Below are positions 1 to 12,582 of a stretch of DNA of 64,000 bases, piece after piece. Location: NCBI GenBank assembly GCA_964035545.1, contig OZ037768.1, forward strand, positions 16,661,875 through 16,725,874, in the 5' to 3' direction. Origin of the DNA: Bugula neritina (lineage: Eukaryota > Animalia > Bryozoa). The notes beneath the pieces were generated by a model. The model had not been told where the DNA came from, searched no databases, and was given only the letters and a program-made list of their open reading frames with translations. Both the position numbers and the translations under genes were made by a program. Position 1 is the stretch's first letter. Every line of letters starts with the position of its first letter.

Positions 1-3000
1 AAAGTGAGGGGCCGGTACAGGGATCCACTTTCAGGTACAGTATAATAGAATAACTAATAGCAAATACTCTATTGCCTTTTATAAATTAAAGACAATATAA
101 TGTAGTTATGACTAAGAGTTGAAACTTGATATAGAATTAACAGCTTATTATAGTAAAATATTTTATGTATTTATAATATATGAGGTTTGCATATGTAATT
201 ACAGTAAAAGATAGTTTAGCAGTTAGCTCAATGCCAATAGGTTTCATCAAGTCGGCCAATCAGTTCCTTGTTATATAAGAACAATAGAATGTTTTAAATA
301 GCTTATTAAGTCATTCATCCTGTGTATATCAGTTGCTATGGCAACTTGTTATACTTTAAAACTTATATATTGCAATTTATAAGCTGCCAATGAAAAAATA
401 TGCAACGAATAAATAATAAAACATGATTACTTTTCATCATGTTATACACTCAATTTGATATAATAATCATATAAACCAGTTAATTCATTTTTGAATAGTA
501 GATACTAAACAATAATAAATTCTACTAAGTTGTTGTGAAAGTCTATTGCATCTCAGTACACAAACTACCTGCCAGTATACTAAGCATAAACACACTGGCA
601 GGTTTGCTGCTATTAGTTTAGTATTTAAAGCACTCGCACAAATGCCTGCCTGTATACAGCATAAGTAATTTAATTGCACTATATTAGCAAGTTAGACTGT
701 ATGTATGATATATAATATAATATTGATATATGTACTGGCAATAACAAACCCCATCAGTGCATTTCTCGTTTGCACTGCACCTCCACACACAAATACTGGA
801 AGGTGTAGCTGGGCTGTAATGGATAATTTTACATAATTACAACATGTTCAAGACGTGAGTACAACTTTATTAACTGTTTCATAAGATGCGTGGTAAAGCA
901 TCACAAATTTTCTATTATATCAACAAATATTTTCATCAATGTATATAAATATCTGGGATATCAATACAAATTATTAGCTCAATGCAAAATCTAGGCTATT
1001 ATTTTAATACTTGTTGTTTTATAAGCCTACTTGCTATGGTCAGAAAGATAGGCATAAAGATTTCAGTATATTCTTATTTTGGTCAATGGTGAAAATTTTT
1101 GTTGATAACGAAAACTATTGGGCATTTGCAAATACTACACGGTGAACTTGTACAGTGGCACACACATGTATGTGTAAATTAACTAACAAATAAATAAATA
1201 GATATAGCTACAGCCTACAGAGTTCAAAAACAGAGTATAAGTTATATTATATATACATGTATATTATATAATACTTGTATATACACACAAGGTGAAAGTC
1301 ATTATTTTGCAGATACATTTCTACAGGCTTATTCTACTACCATTTATAACTGTGGGATTTTATTAAAACAATCTGCATCTATTGCATAATGAAGAAAGAT
1401 ATAATGTTGCATGTAGTTTTACATTTATCATTATTACAACAGACTGAAAGAATGTCCATATAAGTTTCTCACTAAACACTTGCATAGGCAAACCATTTCT
1501 TCATTCCTGTGAATTTGATTATGCTTTTATTACTTGCTTATTAAGGTATGGAAGTTCTAATCACCGACTCAAAATATACAACAGTTTAGTTCATATAGAA
1601 TCAAGTATGCAGAGCTGAAGGATAACCCAATAACTAGATAATTAATTACCTTATCAGCTGCTATAATATAATGTCAGTCAGCAAACTCACCCATATTCAC
1701 CTGTAGGCTATGCAGTAATATGATATGTAACATAACAATATAATATCTTCATGTGTTCAAATGAGTAAACAACCTATAATACATACATTGCTAAAAATTC
1801 ACCTCTTCAATATAAACTTGTTATACAAAAAAATTCAATCAAAATTTGTTTGCTACAATCATATTGCTGTATCTGTTTCTAGCAACTGGAACAATTTATT
1901 GGAATTTTATACGAAAATATTGCTTGATAAATAGATTATCATGCGACTGCAATACAATACATGCATATATGTGTTCGTGTGTGCATGCACATTTTCAAGA
2001 GTTTAAAATCAATTACTTGTTGCATTTTCATTCAAAGAAAGGCTCTCAGCATACTTGCAGTTGCTTATCCAATTTCAAGTGAAGGTACAGTCTACACCAT
2101 TAGTTTACATCAGGTTACCCATAGGAACTTAGCAAGCTATGAGTAGGTTTCTGAAGGTGCACTCAGGCAATGCATTTATTACCTTGGCAACTGGTAAAGC
2201 TACTGTTGGTTGCTAAGTAGGTTTATATTAAATAACATTAACATATTAAGCTAATGGCCTGAAGTCTAAACATTGCTTGTGTATATTACAGGTTTCACAG
2301 CGAGTACAACAGTAGAAAGTGCAATGAAATCTTCAATTATGCAGTACGATAGTGATGCAGAAAATGGAGAGTCAGCAGAACATCTACAGCAGAACTCAAA
2401 TGGTATTGCAAGAATAGTAGTTGGGGGAAATGAAAAGAGTGACGACTCCAATCTGCCAACGTCAACAGAACATAGCAGGGAGCTCAGTCCAACGCTATCT
2501 CAACAATGCTTGACAATAACAGAACAGGAAGTAGAACCAGAAACTGGGAATGATGATCGTCAATCTGGAGATGGAGCTGCTGGCAGTGATGACCTTATCA
2601 ACTCGGTTCACGTCACAAAAAGCTGCCCTGTTGAAAACGATGCTTGTGAAAATCTAGTTGTTTCCACTGCTAACTCTTTAGAAGGTGTATATGACAATGT
2701 TGATAGTCGGAAAGGAAGTGATGATATTCTGGAGAGTGTGAGTGATATGATTCGTTCATTTGACATGTCAGAGTGCAATCAGAAGAAAGGCAGTGTAAGT
2801 CAGCATGAAGAAGATGGAGAAGAAGAGTATCAGCTGGTGCTGACTGGACTAAAACATCTGACAGACGAAAGCAGCAAAACAGACGGTCGTGCAAAAAAGC
2901 TGAGTAATCTGCGCCAGAATGAAGTCGCTTTGTCAAGTAGTCATCCAGCAACAAAAGTAACACAGAATAAAGTTGTTCTTGAAAAACCCGTAAAACAGAT

Positions 3001-4258
3001 CAAGACGAAATATGTGGAGCAAAAAGCTGACTTAGCTTCTTACCAGTCAAAACTCTCTACAAAACAACCACAGACTACATCAAAGGTGAGTGGTGATGTG
3101 GTAGCTAAAAGCTCCCACCCTCAATCTGTTACCAATGGTTTACATTTGATTCGAGCTAATAATGACTTAAGACGGAGTTCTCGAAGGAAAGGCCAATATA
3201 GGTCAATTGCTGAGTACGAGCAATTTCAAAACCAAGTGAAAACTGAAAATAATTTACAAAATAATACGAAAGTATATACATCCTCACCAACATGCAGCAA
3301 AAGTTTGAAAATACAAAATCATCAAAATGCAAATGCAGATGAGTTATTTGTGCATGATGACAGAAAAACTAGACCTCACTCTTCAAAGAATCAAGTACCT
3401 AGTTTAGATGCTAGTGCTAGACGAACGTCTATTATTTCTGCTGCGACATCAGCACCTACCAGTGTTGTGTTAAGACGTCTACCCAGCTCTCAATCAGAAT
3501 CAGGTGCAGCCAAAGTTGGAAAAACAACAAGGAAGAGTAACAGTTTTGATGGTAAAATGAAACCTTTATCAATGCATAAGTTACCTGAAGAGAATGTTAG
3601 CCAAAATGGACTTACCTTAGTTGGAAGTAGAAACAGTTTAATTAGCCATGATTCAACCTCAGTAACTACAAACTCTAAGTACCGTCAACTAGGGAGATCT
3701 AATAAACATCTGTCTCTGGGTGAGCCTATCATAGTAGAAGAAAAAGCAAGAACATCTCAACAACAGTTTGTATCAGAGAGCAAAAGAATACCATTACAAT
3801 GGACACCACTTTCCAGAGGAAAGAAACACCAAAAAATAAAGTATATCTCAATACTACCAAATGCTCCGGACTCTCGCATATTTCAGCGTCAGGCCGTAAG
3901 TGAAGGACCGGCACACTGGAATGAAACAAATTGGAACCAAAGGCCAGATTTCAAGCGGTTCTTTGATAGCATATTAACTTATGGGCCTCACGGGACTAAA
4001 TCTCATCTTAAACGAGCATGCAATAAAACATCTAAAGTACATTCTAATCCACCAGATGTGGTACTTGAGTCACTTCCTTTTGAATACTCAAAAAGAGAGG
4101 ATGACTCCGATACCGACAGTTCTATTAGGTCATCTGCATCTGCTTACTGGCCACCTGAGTTGAAGCAGCAATCTAACTGTGAAGCAGATTTTGAAGAAGC
4201 TGCAAGTTGGCAGTTTCACAATCCTGTGGACCATAAGAGAAAGTTCGTTAATCTGTAA
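1..4258 (+). CDS. 3' part of an unidentified gene: exon fragment <1-34 spliced to a 1967-nt terminal coding exon 2292-4258 (Ser/Lys/Gln-rich, probably disordered tail)
   Basis: The 661-aa ORF 2273-4258 has an acceptor (TATTACAG|G) at 2291. Bases 1-34 read KVRGRYRDPLSG and end in CAG|GTACAG, and the phase-1 junction is frame-compatible. I recognise no domain. Linking 1-34 to this exon is inference; an in-exon ATG (MKSSIMQ, 2324) is an alternative start. Confidence 0.7.
254..345. promoter_or_regulatory. RFX X-box (GTTGCTATGGCAAC, 332-345) with nearby CCAAT box (GGCCAATCAG, 254-263)
   Basis: Near-perfect palindromic match to the X-box consensus GTTNCCATGGNAAC, with an NF-Y-type CCAAT about 70 bp away. 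Function is inferred. Confidence 0.5.
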
Positions 4259-5754
4259 CTTCATTTATTGGCTACTGACTGCTTTTTTATCAACATTGTG
4301 TTTTTTAGTTTTACATGCTAAATATTTTGCTACGCAGTTGGACAGCAGCCAATAAGGACATTTGAAAGAGTACAACACATGTCTGTGAATGGTATAGACA
4401 TGCTACTTTACTTGCTTTATACAGCTGTGATAGAATATTATGAAAAGAGCTTTTCACCCAGATTAAAAATATTTTTTGCTACAAGCCTTTAAAATTAGTT
4501 ACATTGTTTAGATTTAAGGACAGTTATACATTATTTTTGTAATGCCTAGCAATATATTGTAGAAAACGCAGTTTATAGAATAAAACTAATATAATTTATT
4601 TGGATCAGTCAGTATCTGATAGCTGAAACAGATGACACATAATGAAGCACCAGGAGTTGTCTGCCCTTTGATTGTTTTTAAAATCCAAGCTTCTACTAGG
4701 TAACCAGAAACCTATAAGCTATGCAAATACACATATAAGTAGAGCTTATACTTGATGACTATGCCTTAACTCATATACATGTAGATAGCTATAAAATATG
4801 GAGTCTAGATTATTTTAGTGCTAGATACTTCAATACTTGACACCAGCCTGGGTTCATAAACTATTTGCTAATGAGTTCATTGAGCATTTATTGCATATTG
4901 ATTTACACAAACCCCCTATTCAATTTGAATAAGCTAGTTCTTTGAGCTCAACACAATGTGCAAACAAAAGGCTGGCTTAACTGGTTTAACTCAAGCGGTG
5001 TGCAGTCTCTTTGGTGAAATGGCCTAGAAAGTAGCTACAAGGTGTTTGTTATGGCTAATGGTTTTCCTCTACTCATCAACCTTGTTTGGTAAGTTTATTT
5101 ATCAGACTGGTGATAGAACATTACTGCAACTCACCTTAAATTACTGTTAAGTGCTGTTGGCTGAACTTATCAAAATGTTCATAGTTATTTCTCAAAAATG
5201 AAAAAGTGATTGAGCAAAACAACTTAACTACTATTGCACTAAGTTACAGCATAGATCAGCCTTGGCGCAAGCATAGTTAGTTATTAAACATGCAAAGTGA
5301 TATGAAATGTGTATGTTGGGTGTTTAAGGAGTTCCTAGTAGAGCTACTGTTAGACCGCTTAAAATAAATAACAATTTTTGTGCAGTAAAAAAGACCCTAG
5401 AAGCAGCACCAAATTAGGGTGACTTAGTGCAGAGTTTGCAACTCTAACTTCAAACTCAAGATCCCAAACACTGCACTCAGTGATCACCAACTCAGTGCTG
5501 CATAAAGCAATTTCTAATTGAGAAACTTTAATAGTCTAAGTTCTTTTATTGCACTAATTAATTTTGCTTTGGGATGAAGGCTAAATTTCTGTGAGAACAT
5601 AACTTCTTTTGCTAGATTTTTCACTTTCAAGGCTCCATCATACAGTAACAGCATAATCATATGCTTATGAAATACTTATATTAGCTTACATAAAGTAGTT
5701 TTTTGCAGGTCATTCTAGAAATTGTTGTTTCCAATCAGCACAGCAAATACTGCC

Positions 5755-8700
5755 ATGTCTGAAAGGCCTCATAAAAAGTTGACAAAATGTCACGTGCTGT
5801 TTTTGGGTGATTCTACCCCAAAGCAATCAAGCCAAGGGTTGGAGGCTTTACAGCAGCCTTTGATGACATGTTACCCGGTGGACAAGCACAACGAAGTAGA
5901 AGGCATCGATTCATGGCTGACAATATTCACATCTGGAATTTTGCTACAGTTTGTTGGTACCAAGACTGAGACCCCAACACCGATATGGTTTCCCATACAG
6001 AACTTGCACATAGCGGCCGCCACCAAGTGCGTCAACTACCTTCACCCAGAGACCGGTCAGCGCATGGAAACAGAGTTTGTCGACATCAACAATGAGATGG
6101 CGCAGAAGAGCAGCCACCCACCACTTTTCTCTATTATTGTGAGGAAGGCCTCGGGAAAACGTATTCTACGATGCTACACTTTTCTTGTGCGAGAAGAAGC
6201 TCCAGCAGTGGCAATGGTAGATGCGGTTACATACGCATACAGTAATAAGTCCGGCTGGTCCAGCAACCACCCTCCGCAAGAGGTAAGAATTAGTATATAA
6301 TATGATTTCAAATAAAGGCAGGTTTTAGCTTGCTGTTTTAGTATTTGAGCACCAAGGACAACCACTTTTATTACAGCTCAATAACTTTTAGTTTTATTCT
6401 ATAATTATTTGTCTGATTAGTAATTGGAAGTAAGATTTGGGAGGATATTGAGTGTAAGGACTGATTAAATGCAACAACTTAAAGCAAAATCTTATAGCTG
6501 TACAATGGCTATGTTAGTCAAAACTGTGAGTGTTTTAGTTTACTGCATGATTTTATGACAGAGTCATTGGCATTGGCATATTATGCCAACTTCAATGGCT
6601 AGTATCTATTGACTACCTCACACTATCAATCAGTTAATATCCACTGTATAATTACTAAAAGTGGACAATGTTATACAGGATACAATGGCAAATTCTTGGC
6701 ACCATACTGTAGCAAAAACTTGAATTTTCTAATTAATTTTTTAACCACCCACATTTTACTTAATTATATGAAAATTATAAGGCAGCATTGTATTTTCAAC
6801 TTGGAATTTGATAATTTTGAAATTGAGAATACTTGTTGAAGACTTCTGACATTGCCTCCCATACTTCAAAGATGATATCTTTGTTTAAATGCTCTCTTAT
6901 ACAAACTTTCTTTAGAGTTTTGATTAATTTTGATTAAAGCAAAACTTCAGGCTAAATCACATAAACAAATTTCATTAGAATAAAGTATTATGGCCATTAA
7001 TATAAAAAAATAGAAGGCTAGTTATAGTTATAGTAGTAGGTATGACTATGCATTAATTAAACTCAAATTACTTTATATAGTAGTTGATACTTTTGTTCAG
7101 TATAAGCCGACTATAAATTTGTCTATTCGCTATTTCTGCAACATAAAACAAAATTGGGAATGATTTTAGGCGTGGTTTTATTTGATTGCTAATAATCCAT
7201 AATACAGTGCATTGTTTGTAACTCAGATATATAAGGTGTGCCACATGCCTACGCCCAGGTAATGTTATACACTAAGCAATGAATTGTCAAGTGTAGCATT
7301 ACTATATATTACATCAGTGTTTAATATTAGGCCTATAGCCCTATACAATACACCTGGATGAATCATTAATTCTATATGCAATGCTGAAGCTATTTTACAA
7401 AATAGATGATCAGCTTAGATCTTGCTTATGTATGCTTGCTTATTGTTTGACCATTGAAATATTAAATGCCTATCTCAACTGATGTATTAATACCCAACTG
7501 TCTAGTCTAGTAGGTATTTGTATTTCAAACCTGTAACACTGTATGGTGGCTTAACTGAAAAAGGATGGAGTGTCTTTGACAATACTCTATCTACCTACAG
7601 CTTGCCTTTTGCACCTGATTACTCAGGCTTGTTTTATGAGTTCTAAGGAATTGAATCCTAAAGTTACAATTAAACAAAATAATAAAAAGCTGAATTATTG
7701 CTCGGGTAAGCATATTAATATTTTTGGCGCTACCTTCAATTCCCAACTCTATCATTTGGCTGATATCACCATGTATGATGTCAGTTTGTGATGTCACTAT
7801 ATTATTGTTATATTCCATCAGATTATTCATGACGAGTTACTGCCTGGCCAGACAGTAGAAGACACGGATGAGATTGACGAATTTGATAGTGTCAGCGCTG
7901 CTGGTAGGAGAGAACAAGATCAGGCTTCTTCCACAAACATGAACAATGCTTACAATGATTCCATTCATGGCCCTCCAGGGTCAAAGGCTTTTCCTTATCA
8001 CTTGGCTAGAAAATATACGCTTACCAACACTAACCGTGGCTACTCTACTTCACCAACACGTCGCCCGATACCACCTGAATTCATAGTCGCCTCTGCAAAT
8101 GACTCCATTCGCTCAGGCCGCCATGTTGTAAGGAATGGTCCACCACTTCCACCATTCATGAGAGCTGACTTGGAGGGAAGTTTGAGGGCAACATCTTCAG
8201 TGAGGGTGATAAGAGACCCAAGAACGAGGACATCTGTGATTGAGAAAGTTATCAGACAGCCAGTCCCAGTGCCTGTTTATCAGCCACCTCCACCGCCCCA
8301 GATTATCAGAGAGCCTGTGTTTGTACGTCAACCACCAGAGGTGAGGCTGCATGAGGTTTAAATCAGCGAAGCTCAGCCAGCCATACAAACTGTCATCTTT
8401 TTAAAAATTTTCTAATAATGAGTAATTTGAATGTAAGAGCTCTGTCAGAGGTCACGTTTTATGCTGTAAAATGAGGCTTAGTGGTTTGCTACATGACTGG
8501 GACATAGTTACATATTATTTGAATAAATGTATATATACTATGAATAATACAAGATGCTTGCTTATTGACATGTTAAAGAAATCTTTACTTATGAGGTAGT
8601 TGTTAGTTGTGTGTGCGCTATGTACGTATGTATACATATATATACACAATGATAATCCCTTTATGCCTCTCCCTACGTGCTCTGTTCTAATGCTGATAGA

Positions 8701-11700
8701 TACGTCATGTGAACAGACACATCCCAGTGCCTGTTGAAGTTCCAGTACCCTTCCCGGCTGGTCCTGATTCTAGAAGAGTTGAAGATAGCTGGCAGCATTC
8801 CAGAAGCAACAGATCCGCTCACAAGAAGTCACATAACACTTTCAAGGTACCAAACTTAATTCTCCAATTTTTAACTACAGGATCCCCACAACCTAAGTGA
8901 AGATTATAAATAAAAGTGTAAATTTATAGTTAAATATTTAGATAAATTTACTTGCATTTTGAGTGGTTAAGAACAAATAACTTTCAGCTTCTGGCAGAAC
9001 ACTTAAATACTGTCTTTTCTTGCATTTTTTTAACCAAATATCAAATTTATTCAAGTAAAGTAAGCAAAACTTTTTGATAGGCCAAGTCCCTTTGGTATAG
9101 TGTGCAGGTGGAGCATCTCGCGAGAGCATAACTTCTTTTGTGGAATATTTTTCATCTAGAATGCTGGCTTTATTCACAGTTCTCATTACTAAACCTACCT
9201 GTGTGGTTTGCATAGTTTACTGTCTGGAGTGAAGCACATAGTTTCATGAATAGCTAAATATTCAGAATTAGTTGCTCACATTCATACAAAAATAATCATG
9301 GAATTATTTATCAAAGAAGTGAATATTATGCAATAGCCTATTGAAACAGTGTCAATGAGCCTGGTGGATATGTGTGACATAGATTGAGTTACACCTGAGA
9401 GAGGATATGTTATACTATGCATGTTGTATTAGTGTCAAATCAAGATGCAAAATACATATTATAGCATATATTATGTTGATGTTTCAGAACTATCAGGTAT
9501 ATGATGAGAGAATTTTAAGGTCAGGCCAGAATGAGAGACCAACCTTCTTCACAGACCCTCACCAGCCGTTCATACACAATGGTTACCCAATTCAAATGGG
9601 ATATGGGCCTGTAGAAAGCCATCACAGGACACAACGCAGAGCAAGTTCAATTTTTACTCGCTGCAAAGTGGTAGCAGTACTAATTTAAAAAGCAGTAAAC
9701 TTTTTTTTATAATTAACCTTGTGTACTGCACGATATTTGTGATTTTTTTAGTGAATCAATAAGTATCAAAAGAATGCCTTACAAGTTATTTGGGTCGTTT
9801 CAAGTGTATTCAATCGAAAATTCAGATGTCATTCATAGTTTCTTGCAAGACTAACAAAATTATTGAGAATGAGTATCCATATTATATTATTAGCACCATG
9901 AAAGGAGGAGGAAGAAATCAAGAGGCAGCAGCAGTGACAGCAGTCTGTCAGACAATGGAGAGAGGGGCTTTATAGGTCAATGGACAGCGGGCAACCCCTA
10001 CCGTTACAGGTACGTAATAACTCGCTGCATGCTTTAAAGTATCACCAACTCACACAAGTTTATAGTAATACTATCCCTGTGAGAAACCCCTGAAGGAAAG
10101 GGCTTTTTTAAATCGGACTAAGGACTTATTCAGATGGGGCACAGGAGCAATTATGGCTGGATGCGCTTCCTAACATCACCAGTGTCCTTTGCTGGGGATC
10201 GAACCTATGACTTCAGGTTTACTAAGCCAGCACTCTAACTTCTAGGCCATAACTAGTATCAATATGCCGGACTTAATAAAGCATACACTTAATTTTTTAA
10301 AGTGATTTATTTATAGAATAAGGCTATAGAATAATATCTAGTAATCCAGATTTAATTGTGAGCAATTTTGTTGAATTTGTTCAGAAATGGTATTGAGATA
10401 ACGGAGTTACATTCTCCTGATGATATAAGTGAAGATAAACAAGCTAGTAAGACTAGGAAGGGTAAATATGGTGTTCGAGAACTGGAGAAAGAGCTGGGTG
10501 ACTATCATATCAAGAAAGTGGAGCCTCGTAATAACAATGGTATGCATAATTGACCAACGATAGTTAAAGCAGCAACCACATTTATGTTAAAATGCTTGAA
10601 GATTGGCAATTGCTCAATTTGTATTCATAAAAAACATCAAAGCTCAACTGAGTTTGCAAACTACTACAAAGCAACTTTTCATGCTTGAAACCGAACTAAA
10701 ACTTCAATTAGATTCCTCAACTTGTATGCCATTTTCAACAATTCGGTAGAAAATGAAAAGCAGCAGAGTGACTTTCAATGGAAAGCAGTTTCCAAAAAAG
10801 AGAAGAAAACAGAGAAAAAACAGAAAAAAGAAAAACAGCACAAAGATGTTGTAGATGAGCCTGATTATGACAAAGGCCAGGTATATGTGGGAGCTGACCC
10901 AGTGAGTGAGCAGCCCAGTCGTAATGCATATCGCTCCAGCTTTCAAGCATACAAGTAAGATACCAACACATTCGCATACAATATTATGGGTGTTGTGTTT
11001 TTACTAATTGTGCTAGCACATTACTTTGAACAAAGCAAGATGCAATTATAAATAAAAACATAGTGGTTAATTTCAGCAGGCAAAGCAGTAGATGAAAAAA
11101 ATCTATATTAAAACGTACATATTGATGCAACATTTCGCTTCAATGCAATGAATACGTTTGTAAATATTCATAGTAAAAATTGTACAACATTATAACACAG
11201 GACATTGTACTACAGGCTAGAAGATGTAGATGGTACACCAGAAGAAAGGCAAAAGAAAGATAAGAAAAACCGAGATAGAATTCCTAGAAAATTTGACACT
11301 GCAGAGACAGAGGGTCAAGCATCAACAAGCAAGGAGTACTATTTTAAGGTAGTTTACTTTGTAATATAGGCTTACCCTAGTCACTACCCATGAAACTTAG
11401 TGCTCACAAACTACAAATACTAAAACTTTGAAGGCAAGTGTTCTTTAATGCTAAGCTTGAGAAAATGATTGTGAAAATTGTGCGATCAGCCTAAGTGAAA
11501 TGCTTTCTACAAAAATGGAATGAATTCAAAAAATTAGTAAGAGCCAAAGTTTAAAAATGACCATCTTTATTTTTGCCCATAAATGAAAATTTGCTATTGG
11601 TTGATCATGAATTTATCAATGCAAATTGGTGCATCAATAGGATTCTGGGTAGCTTGATTATATTAAATACAAACTGTCATACAGGAAGCAACGAGCCAAG

Positions 11701-11948
11701 CTCCAAGGAACTGGATGGACGAACAGAGAGAGCACATGAATGAGAGGGCATTCTCCAGCTCACTGGCTAATGATCCTCCGCAAGAAGGCACCAATGCATA
11801 TGCTCTCAACACAGCAATTGACGAGGACGATATGTTCCACAGACCTATGCCGGGCCTACGCCCACCTGGGGCTATTCCAGTGCCACCTCCAATTCCTGAC
11901 CACCTCAAACTCAATATTGGTGGAGGAAAAGCTACTGACCTGTACTAA
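5755..11948 (+). CDS. PTB/PID-domain-containing, proline-rich protein (~739 aa)
   Basis: Exons 5755-6282, 7822-8340, 8700-8846, 9488-9640 (GC donor; alternative GT end 9670), 9894-10009, 10385-10539, 10750-10954, 11216-11348 and 11685-11948 splice in frame (2220 nt). Exon 1 encodes a PTB-like domain (CHVLFLG..GLEALQQPL..GIDSWL..WFPIQNLH..HPPLFS..LRCYTF..AYS). An acceptor at 5708 implies an upstream non-coding exon. AATAAA at 12410 and 12444. Confidence 0.8.
10047..10255 (-). mobile_element. tRNA-derived SINE, copy 1
   Basis: Reverse-complement homologue of 16879-17097, with B box GGTTCGATCCC on the minus strand and a shared body (TAAGGACTTATTCAGATGGGGCACAGGAGCAATTATG). Confidence 0.85.
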
Positions 11949-12582
11949 GCCAAGCCCGACACTCGTAGTGTCCTGCACTTGATGCACCATGAGTCTGCTA
12001 CAATCAAATAAGCTGCACTTTCAAAAACTTTGCCTGGTCAACTTTTTCACTTATTATTTACAGTAGACTATAACTATGCTCACACAAATTTCATTTTCCC
12101 ATATAGTGAAATGCTATTTACTCATTATGCATACTGCGTTAGCATTGTCAACACTACTATTCTATTTCATATGCATTCAAAGGGATCAAGTTGCACTACA
12201 CCCACACCATTCTGTATTAAGCTTTAGTAGCAATGTTAGGAGCCTAACTCTACATTATTATTCCTTTTAGCTAACTATTTATTATTCACGTGATGCTGCA
12301 TCAAGCTATAAATCCTTACCATTATGACATTCCTTAATCTTTTCAACTATGATTTTTGTCTTGGTAACTTTCCAATAATCTATGAATTATAATTCTACAT
12401 AAAATGACTAATAAATTGTAGAACATCTTTCTCCCATCAACAGAATAAAGTAAACTAGATAACATGATTGTTTCATATTTCACTTTTAATTTGGATCTCG
12501 CTGAATATTGCATAACAAAACACGTACATACAAATAATAGACAATTGACTGAGCTTGTAACTTAAAATATATTGTGTTAGTG

